A stretch of 62,862 nucleotides of DNA, filler included, from Hyphochytrium catenoides (Eukaryota > Protista > Hyphochytriomycota): assembly GCA_900088475.1 (NCBI GenBank). It is 11 parts of 11 records of this genome, joined end to end, with 100 filler letters (N's around TTAATTAATTAA, not from the genome) between each part and the next. Parts side by side here need not be neighbours in the genome. Positions count along the whole stretch, not along the records: positions 1 to 17,320 come from FLMG01001779.1; positions 17,421 to 24,028 come from FLMG01003769.1; positions 24,129 to 26,571 come from FLMG01004654.1; positions 26,672 to 28,152 come from FLMG01001890.1; 7 more parts are not named here. The stretch is one strand, 5' to 3'. The notes beneath the pieces are model-generated. The model searched no databases, was not told where the DNA came from, and was given only the letters and a program-made list of their open reading frames with translations. This document shows, one piece after another, positions 14,601 to 27,000 of this stretch. A program made the position numbers and the translations under genes. How positions within the stretch are numbered: position 1 is the first letter of the stretch; the number at the start of each line of letters is the position of its first letter.

Positions 14601-15421
14601 GGAAGGAGAGGAGGTTGAGTGGAGAAGGGTCCAGTTGCATCTCTACCTCTTGGCGAGCTTGAGGTCGATCCACCACGAGGACGCTTCTTCTCTCCTTCAC
14701 CAGCTGCGGGCTTAGCTTCATTCTCGGTCTTTACTTCTTTCTCTTCCTCTGCTTGGCTTTTCTCTTCTCCTTGCCCTTCGGTAGTGTCTGTAGGAGAGCT
14801 GTCCTCTACCTCCATGGCTGAGCTCTTGTCCGCCTCATCCACTTCAATTTGCGCCGATGTACTCTCTGTTTCTTCCTTGACTTCCGTTCCAGCTGGTTCT
14901 TTCTCTTCCTCCTTCTCCTCCACTTCAACTTTCGTCTCTGTCTCGCCGCTACCTTGCTCGACTTCTTCAGGCTCTCTGACTTCTGGGGCTTCTTCTTCTT
15001 TCTCTCTCTCCATTGTCTCAGCCGCGGACGGCTCTACTTGCCCTGCGCGGTCCGTTTCTGTCTCTTCCTTCATCGACTCCTCTGATGCTACTTCTTCCTG
15101 AAGTGGTGCGACGCTTTGAACGTCGGTTGCACTGTCTTCTCCACCCTGACCTGCCTCCAGGCTGTGCATTTCTTCTTGTATGTCTTGAAAACTGTCAAGA
15201 TCTCCTCCTTTTGCCCCATTAGAATCTCCATCTGCTTCCATGCTATCTGTGACGGGTTCTACGGTGGCTTCCAGAGCTCCATTCTCTTCTTTGGCTTCAG
15301 CGTCTAACTTGCCTTCATCTTCATCGGCTTGACCTTGACCGTCACCTTTCTCTAAATCGTTCCGCACTTCTTCCCCTTCCGCAGGGGCGCCCGGCGCAAG
15401 AGTCTCTTGCTCGGACTCCAT
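7504..15421 (-). CDS. Multi-KH-domain RNA-binding protein (six type-I KH domains, acidic N-terminus, RGG/RD and Tyr-Pro low-complexity regions)
   Basis: Spliced GxxG KH motifs: VGAVIG|KKGSAVREIS, AGMLIGKGGKGIAQLS, VGFLIGKGGQNIKDIC, VGGIIGKKGNHIK, IGLIIGKGGATIKTL, AGAVLGKGGHVIKE. ATG at 15421 (MESEQETL); last exon ends ILAQNGG* at 7504. Confidence 0.88.
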
Positions 15422-16564
15422 GTGATACCGAACGTACCGGACTATTAAAGCTTATGGTGCGGCTTCTCCCGAAGGGTGCATGAGCGACAGCAAAACAATA
15501 GTAGAAAGCAGGTACTTCTGCCTTGATAGCACAAGTAACACCTACTCGATGGGACGATTTCAAAGGGCCACAGCTTGCTGCTATCAGATGCGCTGCTAAC
15601 GTCTGTTCCGCCAGGCCTATGAGCGACACCGAGGCTCTACGGATCCCATGTGCTGCGGCAATAATCTCTGCCAAGTCTCTAGATACCGCAATCTGGAGCT
15701 GCGGTCGAAGATGCTCCAGAGAACCAGAAACCTTGGAATCGTCAGAGTGGCAAGAAGAGTCCCGATATTCCGAATGATTATTCTTATATCCCGAATACAA
15801 TACACTTCATGTCTCTTTCGTGTGGTTATCAAGGCAGTCATCTATAGGTAATCACATATTGATGATCAAAGATCATGGGGATCTGGTATTCCCATTCTCC
15901 CCACGACTGTGTTGGGGGCGAGAGAGAGATGAGACAGAGTGACATACATATAGATAGTGAAGACAAACAATGGAAGAGAGAGACAGACAGACAGACACAG
16001 AGACAAACAGATAAAAGAGAGCAATAGACAAGACAGAGTATCTCGAGATGGGATGAAGTAGAGACCGAGAGCAGAGAGAGAGGAACGAGCAAGAAGGTAG
16101 CGATGGAGAGAGATACTACTGAAGGACAAAACAATAAACGACAAAGGCAAGCCTCCTGCCAAGCAGAGAAAGAGTCCACAATCTTCTTCATTAGCGCCGT
16201 TCTCCGTCCGACCGTGTCTTCGTTGGTACTTCATGGCTCTGGTGAGCCAGACGATGGAGTGCTAGCCGAACGACAATCTGTAGAATATGCAACGTTGATG
16301 ATCCAGCCTTCCTGTTCGTTATTGGAGACAGCCCATTATGGAAAGCTTGTTATTGTCAGTTTCCAGCGATCGATGCTATTCCTGCCAGCTCTAGGTACAG
16401 TTTGGAGCTAGGAAAGAACCATACAAGACTTTTTTATAATCTGGTTATGCCTGGCAGTGGCCATATATAAAGCCAGTCCACCACCTCATCTCTCTTATCA
16501 GATGTCATCACTATCCTATGCTTGTCTAGCCTATCTCCCTTAGACTACATAATGAGATTCAAGT

Positions 16565-17320
16565 CTAGAGCTCCTCATGCTTGACCGTCTTTCCGGGTCC
16601 AGGACCAAAGACCTCACCATCAAGCTCGAAACCAATGGTTACCTTCTGCTGAAGGAAGGAGACAAAGGAAGCTACATCGCGTCCTCCATCATAGTCGATA
16701 GGGTTGTTGGGGTCATTTGCAGGGAAGAACTTGATGGTAGGGAAGCCCTGGATGTTAACCTTAGGGTGGTCAATCTCGTTGGCTGTAGAGTCCATCTTAG
16801 CAATAATGAGAGAAGGAATGTCGGCAAACTTCTCAGCAAGCTCTTCATACTTTGGCGCCAGAGCCTTGCAGTGGCCACACCAAGGGGCATAGAACTCCAT
16901 AAGAACATCGTGCTTCCCCCCGTGGTTAAGCACAACCTCCTCGAAATTCTTGCCGACAATAGTCTTCACTGCCTCATCGTCGTTCTCAGGAATCTCCTCG
17001 GACTTCAGAGTAGGCTTAAGCTTGCCCGCGAAGTAGTCATCAAGGAACGCAGAGAGGTCATCGGCATCAAAGTTCTCAGCACGAGCAGGGTGTTCGAACT
17101 TCTTGATACCTCCAGCCATCTTGACAACAAGGGCACGAGGCATCTCATCCTTCTTAACGGCAAAGTAGTCAACAATCCGGTCCTCGTGGGAAGGAACAAT
17201 GATCACAAGAAGCTTGCCACGGAACTTCTTAGCCACGGTCTCCAGAGCCGCCTTGTTAGCGTCCTTCTGGTTCTCTACATCCAAAAAGGTGAGAAGATGG
17301 GTGTCATAGTCACCACCGAA
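16565..17320 (-). CDS. PDI: Protein disulfide isomerase, C-terminal b'-a' domains (5' truncated by contig end)
   Basis: EFYAPWCGHCKALAP active site, KMDSTANEID, IQGFPTIKFF, LKSEEIPE x-linker and a C-terminal HEEL ER-retention signal. The frame stays open up to the gap at 17320. Confidence 0.95.
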   Translation of the reverse strand, partial: FGGDYDTHLLTFLDVENQKDANKAALETVAKKFRGKLLVIIVPSHEDRIVDYFAVKKDEMPRALVVKMAGGIKKFEHPARAENFDADDLSAFLDDYFAGKLKPTLKSEEIPENDDEAVKTIVGKNFEEVVLNHGGKHDVLMEFYAPWCGHCKALAPKYEELAEKFADIPSLIIAKMDSTANEIDHPKVNIQGFPTIKFFPANDPNNPIDYDGGRDVASFVSFLQQKVTIGFELDGEVFGPGPGKTVKHEEL

Positions 17321-17420
17321 NNNNNNNNNNNNNNNNNNNNNNNNNNNNNNNNNNNNNNNNNNNNTTAATTAATTAANNNNNNNNNNNNNNNNNNNNNNNN
17401 NNNNNNNNNNNNNNNNNNNN
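17321..17420. other. Artificial contig linker (first of ten: also 24029-24128, 26572-26671, 28153-28252, 33591-33690, 34916-35015, 37090-37189, 39124-39223, 50078-50177, 61631-61730)
   Basis: Identical 100-bp N44-TTAATTAATTAA-N44 blocks; the 12-mer places stop codons in all six frames. Confidence 0.98.
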
Positions 17421-17678
17421 CTCTCTCTCTCTCTCTCTCTCTCTTCAGCTTCTGATGTGGGAACTGAGAATCTTGGGCAGATGATGGGGATCCAGCTCCT
17501 GAAACTGACAAAAGACGGATGGGTCATCAGCAAACGACGTTAGCGGCTACATTTGCCCACTTGTTGATAGATTTTGTAAAATACTATAGTATAAGGTGGG
17601 TGGGCGACAGTTGTGGCAAGAGAGTCCCACCAGGAGAGAGAGAGAAAAGAGAGAGAGAGAAAAGAGAGAGAGAGAGGA

Positions 17679-17713
<35 letters not shown>

Positions 17714-18007
17714 GAGGGAGAAAGAGAGGGAGAAAGAGAGAGAAAGAGAGAAAAAACGAGGAGAAAAGGGGGGAAGAGAGGAGAAAGAGAGAAGCAAGAG
17801 AAAGTGGGTTGAGAGCGAGAGAGTAAAGAGAGAAAGGAGAGCGAGCGAGAGAGAGAGAGAGAAAGAAGGAGAGCTGGGCATGAGAAGCAGAAGAATCGTC
17901 GTTAATCAGTAGTTGGGCATGAAGGTTAAAGCGCGATATACACTTAGCCCAGGTTGAAGTTCCCATCTCTCTCTCTCTCTCTCTCTTTTTTTGATAACCT
18001 CTTTCTA

Positions 18008-18038
<31 letters not shown>

Positions 18039-18431
18039 TTCCTCTCTCTTCTTCTTTCGTTTTCTTTCTCGCTTTCCCTCCTCCCATACTGTCCCTCATT
18101 TTATTGTATGTCCCTCTGTCTCTCTCCCTCTCTCTCCGCTCTCTCTTTCTCTCTCTCTTCCTCCCTACTCTCTCTTTCTCTATCTCTCTTCATCACCCAC
18201 AATGATTTGGTGTGCTATTTATAGGACATAGGAATACAATCTAGAAGAGAAACATGGAAGGAGGAGGAGAATGCTGCAAGCTGAGACACATCTTAGCTGG
18301 TGATGTGCGAACAGAGAGAGGGAAAGAGACAAAGAGAGAGAAAAAGAGAGAAGAACGAAAGTAGAGAGAGCGAGAGAGCGAGAAAGAGAGAGAAAGAAAG
18401 ACAGAGAGAGAGAGAGAGAGAGAGAAAGAAA

Positions 18432-18466
<35 letters not shown>

Positions 18467-18474
18467 AAGAGAGA

Positions 18475-18510
<36 letters not shown>

Positions 18511-19196
18511 AGGGCTAAGAGTATTGAAGAAGAGGGAAAACTCTCCTTCTCCCTCTCATCATCAAGAGACGCTCTGTCTGAGAGGACGACAATCCGAACG
18601 TTGGTCAGGATGACAGGGATGGAGAGAGGGAGACGGGATCAGGGTGAGGAAGAAAGAGACATACACTTCCAAGAGAGAAATGGAGACAGATTGAGCTGAT
18701 CTTTTCTAGAAGAAAGGAAGAGACAAAGGAGGAGAAAGTGTATGTCTCTTTCTCTCTCCCCTCAGAGCAAAAGGGAGAAAGCAAGCGAACATCAGGAAGG
18801 AGACAACATAATAGAAAAGTTAGAGAGTTAAAAGGGAAGAAGATAGGTTTGAGGGTGGGAGAGAGAAAGAGAGATTGGCAATGCGAGAAATCAGAAGAAG
18901 ATAGAGAGAGAATGGAATAGAGCGAGAGAGAGAGAGAAGTGTCTGGCAGAAATAGCTTTTCCTTTGAAGTTAACTCCTCCGCTTTATAAATAGATTCAGC
19001 TCCCTTCTTCAAGATTGACTAAGGCTTTCGCTCACTCTCGGTTTGTCTCTCGTTCTCACTCTCTCTCTCTCTTCTCGCTATCTTTCTGTTTATGTTCCTC
19101 TTACCACTCAATGGCTTAACCGGACAGGAAGCATTGCGGTGACAGGAAGAGCTTGGATCGCCAGCAAGCGTAGTGGAATAGGATAAATGACAGCAG

Positions 19197-19270
<74 letters not shown>

Positions 19271-19792
19271 GAGACACTTTCTCCTATCAGTGCTGAGGAG
19301 AGGAGAAAGGGCCAAAAGTGAAGCACCGCAAGTGGTGGGCCTTACACAGGACGAGAGAAAAGGGAGAAACTTTTATAGCCTTCTCACTGAAGAGAGAGTA
19401 TGTGCAAACCCATAAGAGAGAGAGAGAGAGAATCGGCCCAACCTCCTGGTGCGTGAGACAAGGCCAACAACATGCTCCTGTTTGCTTCAGAGAGACTCTG
19501 TGAGACTTATGGACTGCCTCTCTCCCGCGGGCTGTGGCCTAGGCCCAGCATCTTCGTTTCTACGTTGAGCTGGTGCGGCATCGCCCAGAGAATGTCCTCA
19601 CAGCAGCTGCAGCAAGAAGCTCAAGTGTCTGAGCCTGTGGATGATTGACGGGAGAGGATAGCGTGCCTTGGAGAGACATTAGCCTGTCTCCCTCTCTCTG
19701 CGGCTAATGTCTTCATCTCTTGGGAAGGAGAAGGCTGGTGCAGATGGGGAGAGGCTGAGCATGAGAGGGAGAGGCCTCGTGGGAGTACCTAG

Positions 19793-19844
<52 letters not shown>

Positions 19845-19909
19845 TTGAGAAAGGGGAGAGACTTTAGAGAGGGTAAGTAGGCGTCCCCTTTCTATCCAAA
19901 AAATAAGTT

Positions 19910-20447
19910 TCATGCAGGTGCTTCATAGCCTCGAGACTCTGGATGATGGGCTTTCCCTCCTCTCTCTTTCAAGAGAGAGATCACGTCATGTCTCCTCCAT
20001 TGTATCGCATAGTCCAGCGGTCGATAGCCTTCCACATTCAACCGGTTCACGTCTGCGCCCCCATCCAGGAGGAGAGACACGAGAGAGAGAGAGGATCTAG
20101 CAGCTGCATTGTGCAGCGCAGTGCTCCCGACTGCATTGATCTTATCGACATTGACTCCCAAAGAGAGAAGCTTTCTGACCACCTGGAGGAGAAAGCGAAG
20201 AGGAAGGTGCCAGACAATGAGCAGATGAAAGGAAAGGAAAGGAGACGGCGACGCGAGGTGAGTTGGTCTGTTTGCTGGGAATGAGAGAGGAAAGTCGCAG
20301 ATTAATAGGACAGAGAAAGGGAGTGCTTCTGCTGGCTCTAGACCAAGAGAAAGAAGGAAGGAAACAGAGACAGCGAGGGAGAGAGAGAGAGAAAAGGGAG
20401 AAAACGGGGGAGAGAGAGAGAGAGAGAGAGAAAAAAAAAAAGAAGAA

Positions 20448-20483
<36 letters not shown>

Positions 20484-21769
20484 GGAGGGAAAGAGAGAGA
20501 GGGAGAGAGAGAGAAGGAAAGAGGGAGAGAGAGGAAAAGAGAGAGAGAGAGAGAGCGAACGAAGCGAGCCACGTAACCACTTCAGGTCAGCGGTTTGTAG
20601 GAGATGCAATTCCTCGTTGCTTCTCACCTCTTGGTGACCGCAGAGAGACGCTACGTGGAGAGCTGTCATCCCTTCCTTATTGCAGGCGTTGGTGTCCCAA
20701 CTCGGATGAGAAGAGAGAAAGAGAGAGAGAGAAGAAATGTCTCCCACGGCAGCCAGCGCGAGCCACTGTTCTAGCGATGCCTCATAACGACTCTTTCTTA
20801 GTCTGCCAAGAGAAAAGGGAGCCGAACCTGCTAAGACATCAGGGGACGAGTGTGTGGGGAAGAAGAGTGAGACTGGTGACGGAGAGGAAAACTTGAGACA
20901 GCCAAATTAAGAAAGCGAGAGACGCAGAGAGAGAGAGAAAGAAGAGAGAGAGACAAAGAAGATAGAGGGAGAGATAGAAGGGAGAGAGAGAGAGAGAGAG
21001 AACGAGAGAACGCGAGAGAGAGAGAGAGAGAGAGAGAAGAGTGGAGTCCGACCTGTAAAAAAGAGTTTCTTCAACTGTTTCCCTCCATCTGCTCTCTTCG
21101 TACTGTTCAGCAATTTGTCTGTCAGCCCTTCTCTCGCCCTTAGCAACCTTTCCATCGCTTTCTCTCTCGCTTCTTCCAGCTGCAGTCTACTGGCTAGCTT
21201 CCCGAGGAGAGAGACAGAAAGAGGAGAGAGAGATGGTGAGGCAGTGGGGGGAGACTCTGCCCCAGAAGGAGAGGCGGAGATAGAGCCTGAGAGAGAGAGA
21301 GAGGACTGTGGGTTTGTCATGAGGTTTCTCTTCTTCTCCTCAGCGGCAAAGTCCTCCGCGGTGATGATCACGAAGTCTTCATAGTCATCAGAATCTTCAG
21401 CCTGAAAGTAAGGGAGAGAAGAGAGAGAGCTAGGGTCAGAGAGGAAGCGCAAAGGGGAAAGTAGATGGAGACACGAAAGAGAGAGAGAGTAATAGGAGCA
21501 ACAGAGAGAGAGAGAGAGAGCGGAGAGAGCAAGAGAAAGAGAGAGGCGTAGGTGAGGTAGAAAAGGGTCCTGAAAAGAGAGAGAGAGAAAGATAGAGAAA
21601 GAGAAGCTCTTAAGAAAAACAGCTGCAGCTCTACCATTCCCAGCACTTCCTCATCCTTGTCTCCCACTTTCTTTCCCTTGAAGCTCCCTCTCAGAGCACC
21701 GCGATCCTTCTCTCTTCCTTGCTGGTTTGTCTCCCTACTCTCTTCCTTAAGTCCATCATCAGCAGGCAT
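19910..21769 (-). CDS. Ankyrin-repeat protein (multi-exon; start codon uncertain)
   Basis: Three ankyrin repeats across CT-rich introns: NKEGMTALHVASLCGHQE|VVRKLLSLGVNVD, NAVGSTALHNAAARSSLSLVSLLLDGGADVN, NVEGYRPLDYAIQWRRHDVISLLKERGG. Confidence 0.85.
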
Positions 21770-21950
21770 TTTGCTAGACTCAGACACTAAGCGGCAGCGA
21801 TAACAACGGAAAAGGAAGCTTTTCAAGGGGAAGCGAACGAGAGAGAAAGAGACCGAGTGGGGGAGAGCAAGAGAGAGAGAGAAAGAAAGAACGAAAGAAC
21901 GCGAGAGAGAGAGAGAGAGTGTGAAAGTGAGAGAGAGGGAGAGAGAGAGC

Positions 21951-22007
<57 letters not shown>

Positions 22008-22280
22008 TTATTTATGCTTTCCTTTCCCTGGATATGAGTTCTACGGGAGTGCGACTGACTCGGGCAAACAGAGCATGGGGCAGAAAGATGTGTTAAGCAG
22101 TTTGAGAAATTCAAAAGTGTGGGAAGACGGGAGATAACTTGAGAAAGCAGAAGGGTGAGGCACAGAAAGAGCGCGCGCGCGGAGAGAGAGAGAGAGCGCG
22201 CAGAGAGAGTGTGCGCGAGAGAGACAGCGGGCGTGGAGAGAGAGGGAGGGTGAGAGAAAGAGGGAGGAAGAGAAAGAATG

Positions 22281-22319
<39 letters not shown>

Positions 22320-22413
22320 NNNNNNNNNNNNNNNNNNNNNNNNNNNNNNNNNNNNNNNNNNNNNNNNNNNNNNNNNNNNNNNNNNNNNNNNNNNNNNNNN
22401 NNNNNNNNNNNNN

Positions 22414-22466
<53 letters not shown>

Positions 22467-23526
22467 CTCTTCCTCACTCCCTTTCTTCCTCTCCCACTCT
22501 CTTTGGAGAGAAAGAGAGAGGCTTTTGGGGGTCAGCCTCTGCTCCTTGCTCCTTGTCTCTCCTCTTTCATGCCCCACTCTTGACAGTCGATGACAGGTCA
22601 ATCTTCAACGGGTCAACAGCTTCTCCTCTTACTTCTGCTGCTTGTCCTTTTTTCTTTCAAAAGCATTGCCTCGTCCTCTGACCTTTACGTTTGCCATCTC
22701 TTATCTCTTGCTTCCTAGGAGACCTGCCAAGCAAGAGACTTAGAATGGAGAAAAAGAGAGAGAGAGAAAGAGAGAGAGAGCGAAGGAAGAAACGAGCACA
22801 GGAAGGACGAAGAAAGCGAGAGAAACAATAGGAGAGAGACTAAGAAAGACAGAGGGAATAAGGCGTTAAATCACGAGAAAGATCCCCTTAACTCAATCTT
22901 TTAACTGACAAAGGACTCAGGAGACAGCAACCAATTAAGAGGAACGCGAGTAAGACAAAGACAGACAAAGAGAGAGAGAGAGACAGAGAGAGAGACAGAG
23001 AGAGAGAGAGAACGAACCCGCAGAAGGAAATGTAAATCGAAAGCCCTAGGCGGCATGACAACAGGAACGAACTGTTCATTATAAGTGCACGTTAATACCG
23101 AGTGTGGACAAGATTAAGGCTTGACGCCGGACGAAAGAGTGAATCTTTGCTGCGCGAGAGAAGGACCCAATAGGGAGAGAGAGGATACTGCCGATAGAGA
23201 GAAGAAAGGTCTCTCTCTCTCCTTGAGAGGCACAGCTTCTCTCTCTCTCTCTCATCCTCTCTCTCTCTCTCTTTGTGCTAGCGGATGTTTATCCTTTGGG
23301 CCAAGGATTCCTCTTTCCCTTCTGGCAGGAGATGACTACTGAGCCTCTTATTGACGCTTCTGGATTAGCACTCCTGGTCCTCGTATGCGCAAACTGGAAG
23401 AAAGACAATGAGAGAGAGAGAGACTATAAGAGACAAGAGAGAAGGATATGTCCATCATCTCTCATTTGATATCAAAGGAAAGAACTAAAGAGAGAGAGAG
23501 AGGACATACTGGGACGGCAGGACACT

Positions 23527-24028
23527 CTAGGGGATGGTGATAGTTGATGTCCCATTGAGAACGATCGTCCCGTTGTTGATGAGCTCCAGGAAAGTCTTCT
23601 TCTTCTCTTCAATCAGCTTCTCCATCTCTTCCTCCGACCTACAGCTCTTATCAAACTTCATACGAAGCACCGCTGTCACGCCTCCACCAATACCCAGCGC
23701 TGTACTAATGACAGTCTTCGTGAGGGCAATGATCCCTGTGGAGGACGCGGCGGCAACGCCGGCAGCGAGGGCAGGAGCGACCATGATCGGGCCTAAGACA
23801 GTGAGGCCAAGCCCAGCCACGGCGCCAGCGATGATGCCATTCTGGTTGTGACAGGCGCCCCCGTCTACCGTGCACATGATGCCACAGTTGTGCTCTGTTC
23901 CTTTAGGGCATCTCTGCCAGCAGAGAGGACCTACGCCTACATATCCAGCTGGACATTTGTCATAGCAAAGCCCTGCATCTTCGTCCAAGTGGTCTGGACA
24001 ACCCAACCGCGAGTGTCCTGCACCTCGT
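23527..24028 (-). CDS. Cysteine-rich membrane or secreted protein, C-terminal fragment
   Basis: CPDHLDEDAGLCYDKCPAGYVGVGPLCWQRCP...CGIMC...C motif followed by a long Gly/Ala hydrophobic segment; truncated by the linker. Confidence 0.7.
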
Positions 24029-27000
24029 NNNNNNNNNNNNNNNNNNNNNNNNNNNNNNNNNNNNNNNNNNNNTTAATTAATTAANNNNNNNNNNNNNNNN
24101 NNNNNNNNNNNNNNNNNNNNNNNNNNNNTAAGCATACTACAGACACGTTATATTTCAATAGCAACTGTCTCTTATTACAGATAATTGAATCCCTTGTCAA
24201 AAAAAGCCCTTCATCTTTCCTCACCAAGAAGTGCGATCAATACCTTTGCTCTTCCTGCTGCTGAAATGAAGCGGCGGCGGGCACCGGACGGCGAACACCC
24301 TCGCTCGCTTCTTCAGCTTCTTTCTCCTGCCGCTGGCTCCGCCGCCGCCGCCGTTGGATGCCGGGAGGGTTGCATACAGCCTTCCATAGTGCCTTATGTG
24401 CCTCCTTTTCTCCTCAATCGCCCTCCTCTTGCCATCATCGCTGGATATCTCGTCGTCTCTCTTCTTCCTCTTGCTGCTCTTTGCCCCACTGCTTTATTAT
24501 CCATCCGGCTTTTGTTCGCTGGCGTCGTCTTCATTGTCGTCTTCTTCTTCCTTTCCTTCTCCTTCTCCTTTTTGCTGCCTATTTGGATGTCTTTCTTTGT
24601 TCCCTGCTCATTGGAAGGCAGCAGCAAGAGGTGGGGGCGATGCTTGATGTCCCTGCGAGGTAAAGGTTAGTTGATGTCCTGACAGCAGAGTAAGGACCGT
24701 GATGAGATGNNNNNNNNNNNNNNNNNNNNNNNNNNAGGAGACCTTAAGGCTGAGTCAAATCAGTCGATCTTCCCCAGCTCTCTTGCATTCATTGACGTTT
24801 AACTCTTTCTGTCGGTGGGACCTTAATCAAGTGTGAGGCGGTAGGACAGAGAGGCGACCAGCTTTGGCAGGTACACAGGAGGAAGATAAAGTGGCAATTG
24901 TTCTTCTCTCTTTCTATTAGTTTTAGGCTTTCCCACCCCAAGAAGTACTACAAGCTTCCGTAAGGAGAATACTCCGGAGTATATATAATAGAGGATGCTG
25001 TGGCACGAGAGGTGGTGGCGCGCTGCTGGCGACCGCGTCGTGGCCTCCTCCTCCTTCCTCAATTCTTCCTTCTCCATGTCTGCGCATCATCAGCTAACGA
25101 AAAAGAGACATAAGAAAAGAGTGGCTAACTAACCGAGGAGACTAAACATGCAGCAAGGAATAGGTGGAAGGAGGAGCATAATAGTGTGAGGGAGAAGATC
25201 AAAAGAAGGAGGAATTACTTTCTCTGGTCAATTATCAGTGATCTTTCCGTCCATTACATCCTGGCTGTAGTAGGTCCCTCATCCTCCTCGATAGCAAGAA
25301 CCGTGCTCTCGTGGTGGCGGTGGTGCCTGGTAGGGGTGATGATATAGCTACCTTATTTTCTGACGTCCTTCAAATTGCTGGTGCATCTTCCATCCCTGGT
25401 TACTGGCGCTACTAAGACGGACGAAGGAAGCCCTCTCGGCGGTGCTCCCTCCTCCATCAACAACAACTCTGCAACAACTAAGTGACAGATAAAAAAAATG
25501 CATGGGCGAAGTGTTGCTTGGCTTCTTTTGGAGGCGTCTTCCGAACGCTCACATCGAGTTATCGGCTCCCTTCCATATGGGCCGCCCTAAAGGACCTGAG
25601 GTTGTATAATATATAGCTGTCGGAGACGCTGCTGCTGCTGTTCTTCCGCGGGGTGGTAACCGTGTTCTACTCTGTAGCGTATGGCATTCTTAGGAGAATG
25701 ACCTGTCCGATCTCCTCTTCCTTCTATCAGCAAGAAGTTTACTTGGCCATGATCTCGCTGGCGCATCACCAAGAGAGCAGGCACAGCCCTCTTATTCTTA
25801 CATGACTGAGTGGTTGAATGATCTAAGGGAGGAACGAAGAAGATACACTTTTTATAAAATCACGACGACATGAACACACCGAAGAGGAAACGAGGCTTCT
25901 TCGAAAGATGCACCTCCTCTCTGATGGTTGAAGGTTGCCCTCTCGTTCTTCCTCCACCACCCAAGGAAGAAACAAGCACTCTCTAGAGAGGCACAAGCAG
26001 GTCGGTCTGTCTTCTTTCAACTGCCCAGTCATTCCCTCGCCCCACCCACCAGAGGATGCGCTTCCTTTCCCGCTGCCTACTAGCGCTAGCAGTAATAGGA
26101 GAAATACCTTCCTGCTAGTGTCCTCCTGGCTGATGTAGGCAATAGTGGCTGAGTGATGATGATCAGGGAGGAAAACGGTAGAAGACGATGATGGAGCAGC
26201 AAAAGAAGACGAGATGAGGAGGAACGACCTTGTTGCTCATTCACAAGTGGTACCTTCTCGGTAAATACCAGCGTGTGATCAGTTGTACCCAAATCTTGCA
26301 TTACTCCTAGAAAAAATACGACAATGGTTGTTGTGGTGTTGGGGAAGGGAGGGTATGTACTGGTAGATACGCCGGTAGATAGCAATAATTAACAATCTAC
26401 CTCTTCCCTGTCTTTCTTTCTCTTTGTCACCTCTTCTCTTCTCTCTCTCTCTCTCTCTGTCTCTGTCTCTCTCTGCCTCCCTCTCTTTCTCTGTCTCTCT
26501 GTCTCCCCCTCTCTCTCTGTCTCTCTCTGTCTCCCTCACTCTCTGGTCTCTCTGTCTCCCTCTCTCTCTCTNNNNNNNNNNNNNNNNNNNNNNNNNNNNN
26601 NNNNNNNNNNNNNNNTTAATTAATTAANNNNNNNNNNNNNNNNNNNNNNNNNNNNNNNNNNNNNNNNNNNNTCAGATTGTTTGGCAGCAGATTGCGAGAT
26701 TGACAGTGATCGATGGCTAATAACTCGTTATTTAGTTGATACTACTACTGGGAGCTATGCCTTGTGTCCTGGACTATGTGCAGCAGCTTGTGAAGCTTCA
26801 CAGTGATCGCTCTTTGCTCGATACCTCGGCATCGTGGTCAATGTTCTCGCCTGGCTACAGCTCTACGCCTTCATACCACAGTCTCGTTTGGCAATATATG
26901 AAGAACATGAGCTTCACATGCCCACAAGCGAGCCTTTGGACGCAGGTGCAGGCTAGCCGAAGACATGAGGGCCTTGGCAGATGTCAACCAAACAGATAGC

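Noticed and set aside
16577-17368. 263-aa plus-strand ORF (likewise 41753-42667 minus and 14619-15101 plus)
   Set aside because: Antisense shadows of the PDI, GH16 and KH coding sequences.
17365-17376. Repeated TTAATTAATTAA as a biological repeat or element end
   Set aside because: Always centred in exactly 100 bp of N padding; an assembly concatenation linker.
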